A DNA stretch of 64,000 nt, from NCBI RefSeq assembly GCF_048403405.1, contig NZ_CP183129.1, one strand, 5' to 3'. Both the position numbers and the translations under genes were made by a program. The notes beneath the pieces are model-generated. The model saw nothing but the letters and a program-made list of their open reading frames with translations. It had not been told where the DNA came from and ran no database searches. Of the stretch, positions 35,454 through 47,766 are shown one piece after another. Origin of the DNA: Escherichia coli. Its GTDB lineage: Bacteria; Pseudomonadota; Gammaproteobacteria; Enterobacterales; Enterobacteriaceae. Each line of letters begins with the position of its first letter. Positions within the stretch are counted from its first letter, which is position 1.

Positions 35454-35741
35454 TCACATGTGCTCAATGCCATCAGGGATGGTGTAAAACGTTGGATGGC
35501 GATAGACCTTGCTTTCAGCCGGATCAAAAAATTCACCGCGTTCTTCCGGTTGCGAGGCAACAATTTCACTCGCCTTCACCACCCAAATTGAACATCCTTC
35601 GCTACGACGGGTATAAGCATCACGGGCATTTTCCAGTGCCATCCGCTCATCGGCAGCATGTAAACTGCCAACATGGCGGTGTGATAAGCCCTGTTTGCCA
35701 CGCACGAAAACTTCGTATAACGGCCAGTAAACATTACTCAT
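35454..35741 (-). CDS. paaB: phenylacetyl-CoA epoxidase subunit PaaB
   Basis: 95 aa matches PaaB. Confidence 0.9.
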   Translation of the reverse strand: MSNVYWPLYEVFVRGKQGLSHRHVGSLHAADERMALENARDAYTRRSEGCSIWVVKASEIVASQPEERGEFFDPAESKVYRHPTFYTIPDGIEHM

Positions 35742-35752
35742 TTTGAAACTCC

Positions 35753-36682
35753 TTATGCGACCTTACAGGCATGTTGTTTTTGTGCATGGGCCAGCGCAGC
35801 TTCCCGTACCCAGGTACCTTCTTCCCAGGCTTTACATTTGGCGTCGAGCCGCTCCTGATTACAAATTCCGCGACCGTTTATCACTTCGTTAAACTCCTGC
35901 CAGTCGATCTCACCAAAGCGGTAGTGACCGCTTTCAGTATCAAAATGCAGATCCGGGTCAGGAACGGTCATACCGAGCATTTCAACCTGTGGAACGGTGT
36001 TATCCACGAAACGCTGGCGGAGTTCGTCGTTGGTGAAACGTTTGATTTTCCAGGCGAGACTTCTGGCGCTGTTTGGCGAGTTATCATCGTTTGGCCCGAA
36101 CATCATTAAGGCTGGCCACCAGAAACGGTTAATGGCGTCTTGCAACATCTGCTTTTGAGCTTCGCTGCCCTGCGCCAGTGCCATGCAGGCTTCAAACCCC
36201 TGACGCTGGTGAAAACTCTCTTCTTTGCAGATTTTCACCATTGCTCTGGCATACGGGCCATAAGAAGTGCGGCATAACGCCACCTGATTGACGATCGCTG
36301 CGCCATCCACCAGCCAGCCGATAACACCGATATCAGCCCAACTCAATGTCGGATAATTAAAGATGGAGGAATATTTCATCCGTCCGTCGAGCATTTTTTG
36401 GTAGATGTCTTCTCTGGCACAGCCCAGTGTTTCGGCGGCGCTATAGAGATACAGACCATGACCGGCTTCATCCTGCACTTTGGCTAACAGAATGGCTTTA
36501 CGCCGCAAGGTTGGTGCGCGAGTGATCCAGTTACCTTCAGGCAACATACCCACAATCTCGGAGTGCGCATGCTGCCCAATCTGGCGGATCAATGTCTTTC
36601 GGTAAGCATCGGGCATCCAGTCCTGCGGCTCGATAGCCGTTTCCTGGGCTATCCGTTGCTCAAAGCGTTCTTCTTGGGTCAC
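35753..36682 (-). CDS. paaA: phenylacetyl-CoA epoxidase catalytic subunit PaaA
   Basis: 309 aa di-iron oxygenase. Confidence 0.9.
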   Translation of the reverse strand: MTQEERFEQRIAQETAIEPQDWMPDAYRKTLIRQIGQHAHSEIVGMLPEGNWITRAPTLRRKAILLAKVQDEAGHGLYLYSAAETLGCAREDIYQKMLDGRMKYSSIFNYPTLSWADIGVIGWLVDGAAIVNQVALCRTSYGPYARAMVKICKEESFHQRQGFEACMALAQGSEAQKQMLQDAINRFWWPALMMFGPNDDNSPNSARSLAWKIKRFTNDELRQRFVDNTVPQVEMLGMTVPDPDLHFDTESGHYRFGEIDWQEFNEVINGRGICNQERLDAKCKAWEEGTWVREAALAHAQKQHACKVA

Positions 36683-36966
36683 GTCATCACCTTTACGATT
36701 CCAGTTTTCGTGATTTAATTAAAAACACGAATCACGTTGTTTTATGAAAGTTACACAATGGTTAACTAAAATCACAAATTTTGTATGTTTGAACTGTGAC
36801 GAATTTCGCACCCTATTTTTATAAATCATTATTTATCAGTGCATTAATGTTTTTCGCAGTTGCTATACAGATCGCATAGTTAACATTTCGTTAAAAGACC
36901 ACTTGCTTTTTATGATTCGCGATTTAACTATTAGCAACAGAAATGTGAAACATCTGGAGAGTAGCG
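36683..36966. promoter_or_regulatory. divergent paaA / paaZ control region with PaaX-operator-like motifs
   Basis: AT-rich 284-bp intergenic region containing CGTGATT...ACGAATCACG inverted-repeat elements resembling the reported PaaX operator. Confidence 0.5.
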
Positions 36967-39012
36967 ATGCAGCAGTTAGCCAGTTTCTTATCCGGTACCT
37001 GGCAGTCTGGCCGGGGCCGTAGCCGTTTGATTCACCACGCCATTAGCGGCGAGGCGTTATGGGAAGTGACCAGTGAAGGTCTTGATATGGCGGCTGCCCG
37101 CCAGTTTGCCATTGAAAAAGGTGCCCCCGCCCTCCGCGCTATGACCTTTATCGAACGTGCGGCGATGCTTAAAGCGGTCGCTAAACATCTGCTGAGTGAA
37201 AAAGAGCGTTTCTATGCTCTTTCTGCACAAACAGGCGCAACGCGGGCAGACAGTTGGGTTGATATTGAAGGTGGCATTGGGACGTTATTTACATACGCCA
37301 GCCTCGGTAGCCGGGAGCTGCCTGACGATACGCTGTGGCCGGAAGATGAATTGATCCCCTTATCGAAAGAAGGTGGATTTGCCGCGCGCCATGTACTGAC
37401 CTCAAAGTCAGGCGTGGCAGTGCATATTAACGCCTTTAACTTCCCCTGCTGGGGAATGCTGGAAAAGCTGGCACCAACGTGGCTGGGCGGAATGCCAGCC
37501 ATCATCAAACCTGCCACCGCGACTGCCCAACTGACTCAGGCGATGGTAAAATCAATTGTCGATAGTGGTCTTGTTCCCGAAGGCGCAATTAGTCTGATCT
37601 GCGGTAGTGCGGGCGACTTGTTGAATCATCTGGACAGCCAGGATGTGGTGACTTTCACGGGCTCTGCGACGACCGGACAGATGCTACGTGTTCAGCCAAA
37701 TATCGTCGCCAAATCTATCCCCTTCACCATGGAAGCTGATTCCCTGAACTGCTGCGTACTGGGCGAAGATGTCACCCCGGATCAACCGGAGTTTGCACTG
37801 TTTATTCGTGAAGTTGTGCGTGAGATGACCACAAAAGCCGGGCAAAAATGTACGGCAATCCGGCGGATTATTGTGCCGCAGGCATTGGTTAATGCTGTCA
37901 GTGATGCTCTGGTTGCGCGATTACAGAAAGTCGTGGTCGGTGATCCTGGGCAGGAAGGCGTGAAAATGGGCGCACTGGTAAATGCTGAGCAGCGTGCCGA
38001 TGTGCAGGAAAAAGTGAACACATTGCTGGCTGCAGGATGCGAGATTCGCCTCGGTGGTCAGGCGGATTTATCTGCTGCGGGTGCCTTCTTCCCGCCAACC
38101 TTATTGTACTGTCCGCAGCCGGATGAAACACCGGCGGTACATGCAACAGAAGCCTTTGGCCCTGTCGCAACACTGATACCAGCACAAAACCAGCAACATG
38201 CTCTGCAACTGGCTTGTGCAGGCGGCGGTAGCCTTGCGGGAACGCTGGTGACGGCTGATCCGCAAATTGCGCGTCAGTTTATTGCCGACGCGGCGCGTAC
38301 GCATGGGCGAATTCAGATCCTCAATGAAGAATCGGCAAAAGAATCCACCGGGCATGGCTCCCCACTGCCACAACTGGTACATGGTGGGCCTGGTCGCGCA
38401 GGAGGCGGTGAAGAATTAGGTGGTTTACGGGCGGTGAAACATTACATGCAGCGAACCGCTGTTCAGGGTAGTCCGACGATGCTTGCCGCTATCAGTAAAC
38501 AGTGGGTGCGTGGTGCGAAAGTCGAAGAAGATCGTATTCATCCGTTCCGCAAATATTTTGAGGAGCTGCAACCAGGCGACAGCCTGTTGACTCCCCGCCG
38601 CACAATGACAGAGGCCGATATTGTGAACTTTGCTTGCCTCAGCGGCGATCATTTCTATGCACATATGGATAAGATTGCTGCTGCCGAATCTATTTTTGGT
38701 GAGCGTGTAGTACATGGGTATTTTGTGCTTTCTGCGGCTGCGGGTCTGTTTGTCGATGCCGGAGTTGGTCCGGTCATTGCTAACTACGGGCTGGAAAACT
38801 TGCGTTTTATCGAACCCGTAAAACCAGGCGATACCATCCAGGTGCGTCTCACCTGTAAGCGCAAGACGCTGAAAAAACAGCGTAGCGCAGAAGAAAAACC
38901 AACAGGTGTAGTAGAATGGTCGGTAGAGGTATTCAATCAGCATCAAACCCCGGTGGCGCTGTATTCAATTCTGACGCTGGTGGCCAGGCAGCACGGTGAT
39001 TTTGTCGATTAA
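36967..39012 (+). CDS. paaZ: bifunctional oxepin-CoA hydrolase / 3-oxo-5,6-dehydrosuberyl-CoA semialdehyde dehydrogenase
   Basis: 681 aa; ALDH domain plus C-terminal hotdog domain. Confidence 0.9.
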   Translation: MQQLASFLSGTWQSGRGRSRLIHHAISGEALWEVTSEGLDMAAARQFAIEKGAPALRAMTFIERAAMLKAVAKHLLSEKERFYALSAQTGATRADSWVDIEGGIGTLFTYASLGSRELPDDTLWPEDELIPLSKEGGFAARHVLTSKSGVAVHINAFNFPCWGMLEKLAPTWLGGMPAIIKPATATAQLTQAMVKSIVDSGLVPEGAISLICGSAGDLLNHLDSQDVVTFTGSATTGQMLRVQPNIVAKSIPFTMEADSLNCCVLGEDVTPDQPEFALFIREVVREMTTKAGQKCTAIRRIIVPQALVNAVSDALVARLQKVVVGDPGQEGVKMGALVNAEQRADVQEKVNTLLAAGCEIRLGGQADLSAAGAFFPPTLLYCPQPDETPAVHATEAFGPVATLIPAQNQQHALQLACAGGGSLAGTLVTADPQIARQFIADAARTHGRIQILNEESAKESTGHGSPLPQLVHGGPGRAGGGEELGGLRAVKHYMQRTAVQGSPTMLAAISKQWVRGAKVEEDRIHPFRKYFEELQPGDSLLTPRRTMTEADIVNFACLSGDHFYAHMDKIAAAESIFGERVVHGYFVLSAAAGLFVDAGVGPVIANYGLENLRFIEPVKPGDTIQVRLTCKRKTLKKQRSAEEKPTGVVEWSVEVFNQHQTPVALYSILTLVARQHGDFVD

Positions 39013-39023
39013 TTGGTCAATGA

Positions 39024-39054
39024 AGGGCAACGGCGAATAGTTGCCCTTTTATTT
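39024..39054 (+). terminator. rho-independent terminator of paaZ
   Basis: AGGGCAAC-loop-GTTGCCCT followed by TTTATTT. Confidence 0.7.
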
Positions 39055-39259
39055 CACCAAATTTTGTGACGTTGTCACATTATGCATGATGTGTATCTGT
39101 ATTTTCAGGGCACTCACTGTATGAAAAGCTGGCACACCTGCCAAACAACCTGGCAGGTGCAGGCAATCCCCTTTACATCAGTACTGATAATGTGAACCTG
39201 ACTAAACCGCCCACAGAGCGCGGTTGCTAACAAGAACACAACATCTGACGAGGTTAATA

Positions 39260-41533
39260 ATGGGAAGCCCCTCTCTGTATTCTGCCCGTAAAACAGCCCT
39301 GGCGTTGGCAGTCGCCTTAAGTTTCGCCTGGCAAGCGCCGGTATTTGCCCACGGTGGTGAAGCGCATATGGTGCCAATGGATAAAACGCTTAAAGAATTT
39401 GGTGCCGATGTGCAGTGGGACGACTACGCCCAGATCTTTACCCTGATTAAAGATGGCGCGTACGTGAAAGTGAAGCCTGGTGCGCAAACAGCAATTGTTA
39501 ATGGTCAGCCTCTGGCACTGCAAGTCCCGGTAGTGATGAAAGACAATAAAGCCTGGGTTTCTGACACCTTTATTAACGATGTTTTCCAGTCCGGGCTGGA
39601 TCAAACCTTTCAGGTAGAAAAGCGCCCTCACCCACTTAATGCGCTAACTGCGGACGAAATTAAACAGGCCGTTGAAATTGTTAAAGCTTCCGCGGACTTC
39701 AAACCCAATACCCGTTTTACTGAGATCTCCCTGCTACCGCCAGATAAAGAGGCTGTCTGGGCGTTTGCGCTGGAAAACAAACCGGTTGACCAGCCGCGCA
39801 AAGCCGACGTCATTATGCTCGACGGCAAACATATCATCGAAGCGGTAGTGGATCTGCAAAACAACAAATTGCTCTCCTGGCAACCCATTAAAGACGCCCA
39901 TGGAATGGTGTTGCTGGATGATTTCGCCAGTGTGCAGAACATTATTAACAACAGTGAAGAATTTGCCGCTGCCGTGAAGAAGCGCGGTATTACTGATACG
40001 AAGAAAGTGATTACCACGCCGCTGACCGTAGGTTATTTCGATGGTAAAGATGGCCTGAAACAAGATGCCCGGTTGCTCAAAGTCATCAGCTATCTTGATG
40101 TCGGTGATGGCAACTACTGGGCACATCCCATCGAAAACCTGGTGGCGGTCGTTGATTTAGAACAGAAAAAAATCGTTAAGATTGAAGAAGGTCCGGTAGT
40201 TCCGGTGCCAATGACCGCACGCCCATTTGATGGCCGTGACCGTGTTGCTCCGGCAGTTAAGCCTATGCAAATCATCGAGCCTGAAGGTAAAAATTACACC
40301 ATTACTGGCGATATGATTCACTGGCGTAACTGGGATTTTCACCTCAGCATGAATTCTCGCGTCGGGCCGATGATCTCCACCGTGACTTATAACGACAATG
40401 GCACCAAACGCAAAGTCATGTACGAAGGTTCTCTCGGCGGCATGATTGTACCTTACGGTGATCCTGATATTGGCTGGTACTTTAAAGCGTATCTGGACTC
40501 TGGTGACTACGGTATGGGCACGCTAACCTCGCCAATTGCCCGTGGTAAAGATGCACCGTCTAACGCAGTGCTCCTTAATGAAACCATTGCCGACTACACT
40601 GGCGTGCCGATGGAGATCCCTCGCGCTATCGCGGTATTTGAACGTTATGCCGGGCCTGAGTATAAGCATCAGGAAATGGGCCAGCCCAACGTCAGTACCG
40701 AACGCCGGGAGTTGGTGGTGCGCTGGATCAGTACAGTGGGTAACTATGACTACATTTTTGACTGGATCTTCCATGAAAACGGCACTATTGGCATTGATGC
40801 CGGTGCTACGGGCATCGAAGCGGTGAAAGGTGTTAAAGCGAAAACCATGCACGATGAGACGGCGAAAGATGACACGCGCTACGGCACGCTTATCGATCAC
40901 AATATCGTGGGTACTACACACCAGCATATTTATAATTTCCGCCTCGATCTGGATGTAGATGGCGAGAATAACAGCCTGGTGGCGATGGACCCGGTGGTAA
41001 AACCGAATACTGCCGGTGGCCCACGCACCAGTACCATGCAAGTTAATCAGTACAACATCGGCAATGAACAGGATGCCGCGCAGAAGTTTGATCCGGGCAC
41101 GATTCGTCTGTTGAGTAACCCGAACAAAGAGAACCGCATGGGCAATCCAGTTTCCTATCAAATTATTCCTTATGCAGGTGGTACTCACCCGGTAGCAAAA
41201 GGTGCCCAGTTCGCCCCGGACGAGTGGATCTATCATCGTTTAAGCTTTATGGACAAGCAGCTTTGGGTAACGCGTTATCACCCTGGCGAGCGTTTCCCGG
41301 AAGGCAAATATCCGAACCGTTCCTCTCATGACACCGGTCTTGGACAATACAGTAAGGATAACGAGTCGCTGGACAACACCGACGCCGTTATCTGGATGAC
41401 TACCGGCACCACACATGTGGCCCGTGCCGAAGAGTGGCCGATTATGCCGACCGAATGGGTACATACTCTGCTTAAACCATGGAACTTCTTTGACGAAACG
41501 CCAACGCTAGGGGCGATAAAGAAAGATAAGTGA
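39260..41533 (+). CDS. tynA: periplasmic copper/TPQ amine oxidase
   Basis: 757 aa from MGSPSLY with signal peptide. Confidence 0.9.
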   Translation: MGSPSLYSARKTALALAVALSFAWQAPVFAHGGEAHMVPMDKTLKEFGADVQWDDYAQIFTLIKDGAYVKVKPGAQTAIVNGQPLALQVPVVMKDNKAWVSDTFINDVFQSGLDQTFQVEKRPHPLNALTADEIKQAVEIVKASADFKPNTRFTEISLLPPDKEAVWAFALENKPVDQPRKADVIMLDGKHIIEAVVDLQNNKLLSWQPIKDAHGMVLLDDFASVQNIINNSEEFAAAVKKRGITDTKKVITTPLTVGYFDGKDGLKQDARLLKVISYLDVGDGNYWAHPIENLVAVVDLEQKKIVKIEEGPVVPVPMTARPFDGRDRVAPAVKPMQIIEPEGKNYTITGDMIHWRNWDFHLSMNSRVGPMISTVTYNDNGTKRKVMYEGSLGGMIVPYGDPDIGWYFKAYLDSGDYGMGTLTSPIARGKDAPSNAVLLNETIADYTGVPMEIPRAIAVFERYAGPEYKHQEMGQPNVSTERRELVVRWISTVGNYDYIFDWIFHENGTIGIDAGATGIEAVKGVKAKTMHDETAKDDTRYGTLIDHNIVGTTHQHIYNFRLDLDVDGENNSLVAMDPVVKPNTAGGPRTSTMQVNQYNIGNEQDAAQKFDPGTIRLLSNPNKENRMGNPVSYQIIPYAGGTHPVAKGAQFAPDEWIYHRLSFMDKQLWVTRYHPGERFPEGKYPNRSSHDTGLGQYSKDNESLDNTDAVIWMTTGTTHVARAEEWPIMPTEWVHTLLKPWNFFDETPTLGAIKKDK

Positions 41534-41544
41534 TTGTTTCAGAC

Positions 41545-41575
41545 TAAAAAAACGGCACCTGGTGCCGTTTTTTAC
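41545..41575. terminator. bidirectional rho-independent terminator between tynA and feaB
   Basis: A-run, stem AACGGCAC / GTGCCGTT, T-run. Confidence 0.8.
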
Positions 41576-41591
41576 TTATGCGCGAACCAGA

Positions 41592-43091
41592 TTAATACCG
41601 TACACACACCGACTTGGTTTCACACCAACCGTCCAGCCAGTCCGGGCCAAAATCACGGCCTGTTCCTGACTGCTTCATCCCACCAAACGGTAAGTTAGCG
41701 TCAATTAAGGTATGACTGTTTACCCACACCGTACCTGCCTGTAAGCGATCGCTATATTCCAGAGCCTGGGAGAGATTTTGCGTCCAGACGCTGGCAGTTA
41801 AGCCATATTCCGTGTCGTTTGCCAGTTGTAACGCCTCTTCTCCATCCGCTACACGCACCAGGTTAACCACCGGACCAAACACCTCTTCACGAGTTAAGCG
41901 CAATTTAGCATCGGGATTTACCACCAGCGTTGGCGCAACATAATATCCCTCTCCGGCAGGTCCACTCGCCCCGCGAATCAGCTCTGCTTGCTGTGCCTGC
42001 GCATCGTCAAGGAATGAACGCACTTTGTCGCAATGCGCACGAGAAACCAAAGGGTTAATCTGTGCAACAGGTGACATCCCCGGTCCCACTTGCAACGATT
42101 TTACCGCCTGCTCAAATCCACTAACCAGCGTGTCAAACAACGGCGCTTCAATATAAATTCGCGAACTGGCGGCGCATACTTGCCCCTGATTCAGGAAACT
42201 TCCGGTCATCAAGCCTTCAATAACCCATTGCGGATCAGCATCTTTTAATACAATTGCCGGGTTTTTACCGCCCAGTTCCAGCGTTACACGCGTCAAGCGA
42301 TCAGCAGCAGTTCTGGCAATACCTTTGCCCGTCGCGGTTGAACCGGTAAAACTGATTTTCGCAACATGAGGATGTGACGTCAGGGCCGCGCCGCATACAG
42401 AACCTGACCCGGTGACCACATTAAAAACGCCATCAGGAATACCTGCCTCGCTGGCCAGTTCCGCCACGCGCAACATAGTCAGTGGCGTGGTTTCCGATGG
42501 CTTAATCACGATTGAACAGCCTGCTGCCAGTGCTGGCATCACCTTCCACATGCCAATCATCAACGGAAAGTTCCATGGCACAATTCCCGCTACCACGCCA
42601 ACCGGCTCTTTACGCGTCCAGGCCTGATAACGCGCCCCCTGGGGTAAGGGAATCGACAAGTCCAGCGTTTTACCCGCGATTTTGGTCGTTAACCCGGCGG
42701 TATAACGCATCCAGTTCAGCGTACAGCCCACTTCAAAAGCACGGGAAATGGCAATTGACTTGCCTTGCTCCAGGGTTTCCAGTTGCGCCAGCTCCTCACT
42801 GTGCTGCTCCACCAGATCAGCAAAACGTAGCAGAATACGTTCACGCTCTGCGGGTAATCGTCCGGCCCAACGACGCGAGACAAAGGCCCGCCAGGCAGAC
42901 ATGACTGCGTTATCTACATCCGCTTCGTTGGCATCAGCAGTAGACGCAATTTCTTGCCCGGTGGCCGGATCAAAGATCGCCAACCGTTTTTCACTTTGTG
43001 CGGGGCCAGGACGACCATCAATATAAAGACCGTGTTGACGATCGAGAAACTGTTGGACCTGGCTTAATACTGCTACATGCGGCTCTGTCAT
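41592..43091 (-). CDS. feaB: phenylacetaldehyde dehydrogenase
   Basis: 499 aa aldehyde dehydrogenase; synteny with tynA and feaR. Confidence 0.9.
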   Translation of the reverse strand: MTEPHVAVLSQVQQFLDRQHGLYIDGRPGPAQSEKRLAIFDPATGQEIASTADANEADVDNAVMSAWRAFVSRRWAGRLPAERERILLRFADLVEQHSEELAQLETLEQGKSIAISRAFEVGCTLNWMRYTAGLTTKIAGKTLDLSIPLPQGARYQAWTRKEPVGVVAGIVPWNFPLMIGMWKVMPALAAGCSIVIKPSETTPLTMLRVAELASEAGIPDGVFNVVTGSGSVCGAALTSHPHVAKISFTGSTATGKGIARTAADRLTRVTLELGGKNPAIVLKDADPQWVIEGLMTGSFLNQGQVCAASSRIYIEAPLFDTLVSGFEQAVKSLQVGPGMSPVAQINPLVSRAHCDKVRSFLDDAQAQQAELIRGASGPAGEGYYVAPTLVVNPDAKLRLTREEVFGPVVNLVRVADGEEALQLANDTEYGLTASVWTQNLSQALEYSDRLQAGTVWVNSHTLIDANLPFGGMKQSGTGRDFGPDWLDGWCETKSVCVRY

Positions 43092-43326
43092 CACTTTTCC
43101 TTATTATTTACCCAGTGTGATTTCAGTGTACGCAGCGACAAGAAAAGTCACTTTTTTCGCTGTGACATTCGCTTTGTCAGCTGTGACAAGCTCCGCAAAT
43201 CGTGACAATAACCGCTTATGTCTCTATGCCTGACAAGACTTATTTCCTATAGTCAGGTTCATTAGCTTCGTTTATTGCAACACAAATGCAACAATAAAAA
43301 TACATTTCACAGAGCGAAAACGTGCC

Positions 43327-44232
43327 ATGAACCCCGCAGTGGATAATGAGTTTCAGCAATGGCTTTCCCAAATCAATCAGGTATGCGGAAATTTTACCGG
43401 ACGCCTGCTGACTGAGCGTTACACGGGTGTACTGGACACGCATTTTGCCAAAGGACTAAAGCTGAGTACCGTGACAACCAGCGGGGTGAATTTATCCCGC
43501 ACCTGGCAGGAAGTAAAAGGCAGCGACGATGCCTGGTTTTACACCGTTTTTCAGCTTAGTGGTCAGGCAATAATGGAGCAGGATGAGCGTCAGGTGCAGA
43601 TTGGCGCTGGCGATATTACGTTACTCGATGCCTCACGCCCCTGTTCGCTTTACTGGCAGGAGTCTTCTAAACAGATTTCATTACTTTTGCCACGCACTCT
43701 GCTGGAACAATATTTTCCCCATCAAAAACCTGTCTGCGCAGAAAGACTGGACGCTGACTTACCCATGGTGCAACTCAGTCATCGCCTGTTACAGGAGAGC
43801 ATGAATAATCCGGCACTTTCTGAAACAGAAAGTGAAGCTGCGCTACAGGCGATGGTGTGTCTGCTTCGCCCAGTACTTCATCAGCGGGAATCTGTCCAAC
43901 CTCGCCGTGAACGTCAGTTTCAAAAAGTGGTTACGTTGATAGACGATAATATTCGCGAAGAGATATTACGCCCGGAGTGGATAGCCGGAGAGACAGGTAT
44001 GTCAGTACGTAGTTTGTACCGAATGTTTGCCGATAAAGGTTTGGTAGTCGCGCAATATATTCGTAACCGTCGTCTCGATTTTTGTGCAGATGCGATTCGC
44101 CATGCCGCAGATGATGAAAAACTGGCAGGCATCGGCTTTCATTGGGGATTTTCTGACCAGAGTCATTTTTCAACGGTATTTAAGCAACGCTTTGGGATGA
44201 CGCCAGGCGAGTATCGACGTAAATTCCGCTAA
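43327..44232 (+). CDS. feaR: AraC-family activator of tynA/feaB
   Basis: 301 aa with C-terminal AraC HTH. Confidence 0.9.
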   Translation: MNPAVDNEFQQWLSQINQVCGNFTGRLLTERYTGVLDTHFAKGLKLSTVTTSGVNLSRTWQEVKGSDDAWFYTVFQLSGQAIMEQDERQVQIGAGDITLLDASRPCSLYWQESSKQISLLLPRTLLEQYFPHQKPVCAERLDADLPMVQLSHRLLQESMNNPALSETESEAALQAMVCLLRPVLHQRESVQPRRERQFQKVVTLIDDNIREEILRPEWIAGETGMSVRSLYRMFADKGLVVAQYIRNRRLDFCADAIRHAADDEKLAGIGFHWGFSDQSHFSTVFKQRFGMTPGEYRRKFR

Positions 44233-44267
44233 CTAATTGGCGTTGTGTGTACTGCAACGCCAATTAG
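44233..44267. terminator. 13-bp hairpin between convergent feaR and ydbL
   Basis: ctaattggcgttg-loop-caacgccaattag. Confidence 0.55.
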
Positions 44268-44403
44268 TTAAAACAGATATTTGACTACGCATATTTCAGG
44301 GCGAAAGGCAATTTGACAGGAGCTTTTGAATATTCACCTTGTTTCAGGAAAATAGATCAATCGTTTTCTCCTGTAGCGTTATCCCGATAGTGCGGTTTTG
44401 CTA

Positions 44404-44730
44404 TTAAAATTTTCGCACCCATTTACCGTTTATCCCTTGTACATATTCCCCCGGTTTGGCCCGAGCTACGAGCTTTTGCCCGGCGAGTTTCGCGATATCA
44501 TCTACCGACACATTATTTTGCTTTGCCAGTTGTTGGTAACTCGCTTTACGTTCGGCATTAATGTCGGTTACTAATTTCTCTGTTTCAGCATCCGTTTTCA
44601 GCGCAACCAGATAACCATAAAATGTTTCACCTACCCGCCCCTGAGTTCTGGCTTCATCCAGAGTCAATGCCATTACATTGCTGCTTACCAGCCCAACAAG
44701 AAACGCACAAAGAAGTAATGTTTTCTTCAT
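44404..44730 (-). CDS. ydbL: DUF1318-family periplasmic protein YdbL
   Basis: 108 aa from MKKTLLLCAF with signal peptide. Confidence 0.85.
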   Translation of the reverse strand: MKKTLLLCAFLVGLVSSNVMALTLDEARTQGRVGETFYGYLVALKTDAETEKLVTDINAERKASYQQLAKQNNVSVDDIAKLAGQKLVARAKPGEYVQGINGKWVRKF

Positions 44731-44737
44731 CATCGCC

Positions 44738-44923
44738 TCAGAAAAGATCGCTACGAGTCTCAAGCAGCTCTTCGACATCTTTGTCTGCCTTGATGATGAT
44801 CTCATGCTCAATTTTAACGTTCATATTGATAGTGATCGGTTCCTTAGGTGCAGCGACTTCAATGCGAGGCGTACAGCCAACCAGCATAAAAGATGACGTC
44901 AACGCAGCCAGTAAAATTTTCAT
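44738..44923 (-). CDS. ynbE: small lipoprotein YnbE
   Basis: 61 aa with lipobox LVGC. Confidence 0.85.
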   Translation of the reverse strand: MKILLAALTSSFMLVGCTPRIEVAAPKEPITINMNVKIEHEIIIKADKDVEELLETRSDLF

Positions 44924-47559
44924 TGTTTTTCCTCACACTCTTTTCCTTGCGGACAGTCATTTCCCGGCAGACGTGCGTTCTGCTCCAACCATGCCTGGAG
45001 ATTATCGCCAAAGCGTAAACTGCGCCACAGCGTAAAAATATTCTCTTCATGATGGTAATTAAGGTTTACCGTACCGCTTTTACCATCAACGCGACTGGTA
45101 CCTGTAATGTTGGCCTGCATGGTTAATAAACCGAGATTATCTAAATTAATATTTGTCGATGAACGGCTAATTTCCATATAGCGCAACCAGTTAATTGCTG
45201 AACCCGCAGTCATATTGTCTTTCACCACCGCATCTGCGGTGTCTTTATCCAGCCGCAAGGTCATTGGCCCGCTATTTGCCAGCCAGCCATCTTTCACTAT
45301 CCATTTTTCGTTGTTTAGCCATAACGGCAATGCACCACTAAATGCCCCGGACATGGCGAATTGTTTCGGATTGACGGCGCTAACCAGTTCGCTGGATGAG
45401 AGATTATTCAGCCGCAACAGCGCCGGGTCATGTTGCGGCATACGTAATTGTTTCATCACCACGTTACCGCCTAACACATCGACGCTAACATCAGTCAACA
45501 GCAATGGTTCTTCTTCTGTCCACGGATAGCGCCCTTGCAAATCAGCCGTAATATTTTTCGCTGTCACCAGATTAATCACTTCGGCAATTCGCAACGTAAC
45601 GGGGCCGCGAGTCCCCAGATGCCAGGCTCCATCGGCAAAACGGAAAGGCAGGACAAAATCGACACCGTTAACCTGATTATCTGGCATCCAGGCACTACCG
45701 CCTTTCAACACACCGTGCCCTCCCGCGCGGAATCCTTGTTCAGGCGCAGCAGAAAATGCGACCTGAGCATACAGTTCGCCATCGCGTAAGTTCATCTTCC
45801 AGTCGGGTGGCACCAGCGGCTGGAATACGGTCAGTGATTGTTTAGGCCACCAGGCGTTACCGCGCAGACGAATACCGTCCCAGCGACCATTTACCCGAAC
45901 CGGGCCAATCTCACCAGCATGTAAATCGCCTTTAAAGAGGAAATACGTCGGATCGCGTCCATCGACGCTAAATTTTAACGTTGATGGCGGTAACACACTG
46001 CCGCCAGTGAACAGCGTTTGCCCGGCGTCCAGTGACAGCGCGCCGCTAAAGGAGGGATGCTGTACGTCACGTACCCAGACGACGGGCTTATCGAGAATTA
46101 GTCGCGGCTTTTCTACCGTCATCGTACCGTATTGTAACTGGTCGAAACCGGTGGAGAGATCGGTCAGCGTAATCGTGCTGTCATGCCACTCACCCTTTCC
46201 TGCGACATCCCAGGTGGCATTCATCGGTGTAAAACTGCCTTTTCCCCAGTAGCGCCACTGCCAGCGGCCAGCGTCAGGGAGAAAATCATTCGCCAGTCCA
46301 TCCATATGCAGCACGAAATCGCCCAGTTCATTTTCATGCGCCTGCAAAATGGCCTGCAAACGTCCGTCAACACCACGTTGGGTGACTTTTACACCCGCTA
46401 AAGGCCAGCGGATTTCATCGATGTCCAGCGAATCGATGACTCTTCCCTTCGAACGTAATAACGCGCCTGGCTCAAAGGCCAGCGTTGGGTCAGTCAGACT
46501 TCCGCTTAGCTGCGCAGGTAAACGGGCATATAAAATGAGGTCCGCCTGTTTCGCTTCACCGGTCAGCTGCAAAGGCAGCTGGCTGTTATCCATACTTAAT
46601 TTTCCAGGGCCAAAATTAAGCACCGCGTTGCCCTTACCCGCTTGCCCCTGGGTCAGCACACTCAGTCGTCCGCTGACCAGAGCGTTCTCAAGCCCTGCCT
46701 GCCAGTTGTCGACTTTAACACCCAGTCGGCCACTCAAAGGAAAACCTGCATACGGCCAGCTCCAGCGACCATCGCTTACGGTCAATTGTTGGCGAGTAAT
46801 TTGCCACGGCAGATCGAGCAACGGATCGCCGTTATCCCGTGCCACCACAATCAATTGCCCGCTATTTTCCTGCCAGTCTAGCTCGGCATCCACCAGTGAA
46901 GGCTCCTGCGGCAAGTTTAACGTCGCAGTAGCATGACCACTTACAGGAAGTCCATCCGGCACTAGCGGCATAGTAAATTCCCCCACCAGTTTAACCGGCG
47001 GCTGATTTTCAAACGCGACGATATCCAGTTCGCTGACTGTAAGTTGTTGCCCTTTCAGCTGGCCTTGAAATTTAACTTTTTCGCCCTGATAACGCAGTTG
47101 CTGGATATCAGAGGTTAACGCGAGAGAGAGTTTTCCCTGCCACTCCTGCCAGGGAGAAAAAATCAGTTTATCGAGATTGATCCAGGTGTTAGGCAACATG
47201 GCCTGCCACTGCGCGAGGGTTTTTGGAGCGGCAGGCGATTGCTCCGTCTGCGGCAATTTCGCCAGACAAGCAGAATCAAGTTCTACCGTGCCGACGTTCA
47301 ATAACCAGCGGCTCGGATGTGAAAGGCTGGCGTTGGTGATATGCGCAAGCTGACAATCTCCCACCAGATAACGGAGATCGGGAATGATTAAACCTTTACG
47401 CGTAATACGTGGGCTTTCATCTAATGCAATACGTGTCCCGAGCGGTAGCCAGATGCCCGCCAGCGTGGGAACCCACAGCCCGAGCGTCATCAGCAGCGTC
47501 AACGGCACAAGAATAATCAGTAATAACAGCGCGAGAACGGCTTTATATTTACCCAGCAT
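44920..47559 (-). CDS. ydbH: AsmA-like envelope protein YdbH
   Basis: 879 aa with N-terminal TM anchor; forms ydbH-ynbE-ydbL operon. Confidence 0.9.
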   Translation of the reverse strand: MLGKYKAVLALLLLIILVPLTLLMTLGLWVPTLAGIWLPLGTRIALDESPRITRKGLIIPDLRYLVGDCQLAHITNASLSHPSRWLLNVGTVELDSACLAKLPQTEQSPAAPKTLAQWQAMLPNTWINLDKLIFSPWQEWQGKLSLALTSDIQQLRYQGEKVKFQGQLKGQQLTVSELDIVAFENQPPVKLVGEFTMPLVPDGLPVSGHATATLNLPQEPSLVDAELDWQENSGQLIVVARDNGDPLLDLPWQITRQQLTVSDGRWSWPYAGFPLSGRLGVKVDNWQAGLENALVSGRLSVLTQGQAGKGNAVLNFGPGKLSMDNSQLPLQLTGEAKQADLILYARLPAQLSGSLTDPTLAFEPGALLRSKGRVIDSLDIDEIRWPLAGVKVTQRGVDGRLQAILQAHENELGDFVLHMDGLANDFLPDAGRWQWRYWGKGSFTPMNATWDVAGKGEWHDSTITLTDLSTGFDQLQYGTMTVEKPRLILDKPVVWVRDVQHPSFSGALSLDAGQTLFTGGSVLPPSTLKFSVDGRDPTYFLFKGDLHAGEIGPVRVNGRWDGIRLRGNAWWPKQSLTVFQPLVPPDWKMNLRDGELYAQVAFSAAPEQGFRAGGHGVLKGGSAWMPDNQVNGVDFVLPFRFADGAWHLGTRGPVTLRIAEVINLVTAKNITADLQGRYPWTEEEPLLLTDVSVDVLGGNVVMKQLRMPQHDPALLRLNNLSSSELVSAVNPKQFAMSGAFSGALPLWLNNEKWIVKDGWLANSGPMTLRLDKDTADAVVKDNMTAGSAINWLRYMEISRSSTNINLDNLGLLTMQANITGTSRVDGKSGTVNLNYHHEENIFTLWRSLRFGDNLQAWLEQNARLPGNDCPQGKECEEKQ

Positions 47560-47766
47560 GGGTAGTTAATATCCTGATTTAGCGAAAAATTAAGCATTCA
47601 ATACGGGTATTGTGGCATGTTTAACCGTTCAGTTGAAGGTTGCGCCTACACTAAGCATAGTTGTTGATGAATTTTTCAATATCGCCATAGCTTTCAATTA
47701 TATTTGAGATTTTGTAAAATATTTTTAGTAGCTTAAATGTGATTCAACATCACTGGAGAAAGTCTT

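Noticed and set aside
39114-39377. 87-aa minus-strand ORF in the paaZ-tynA intergenic region
   Set aside because: It overlaps the tynA signal-peptide coding region and the paaZ terminator and has no SD; likely spurious.
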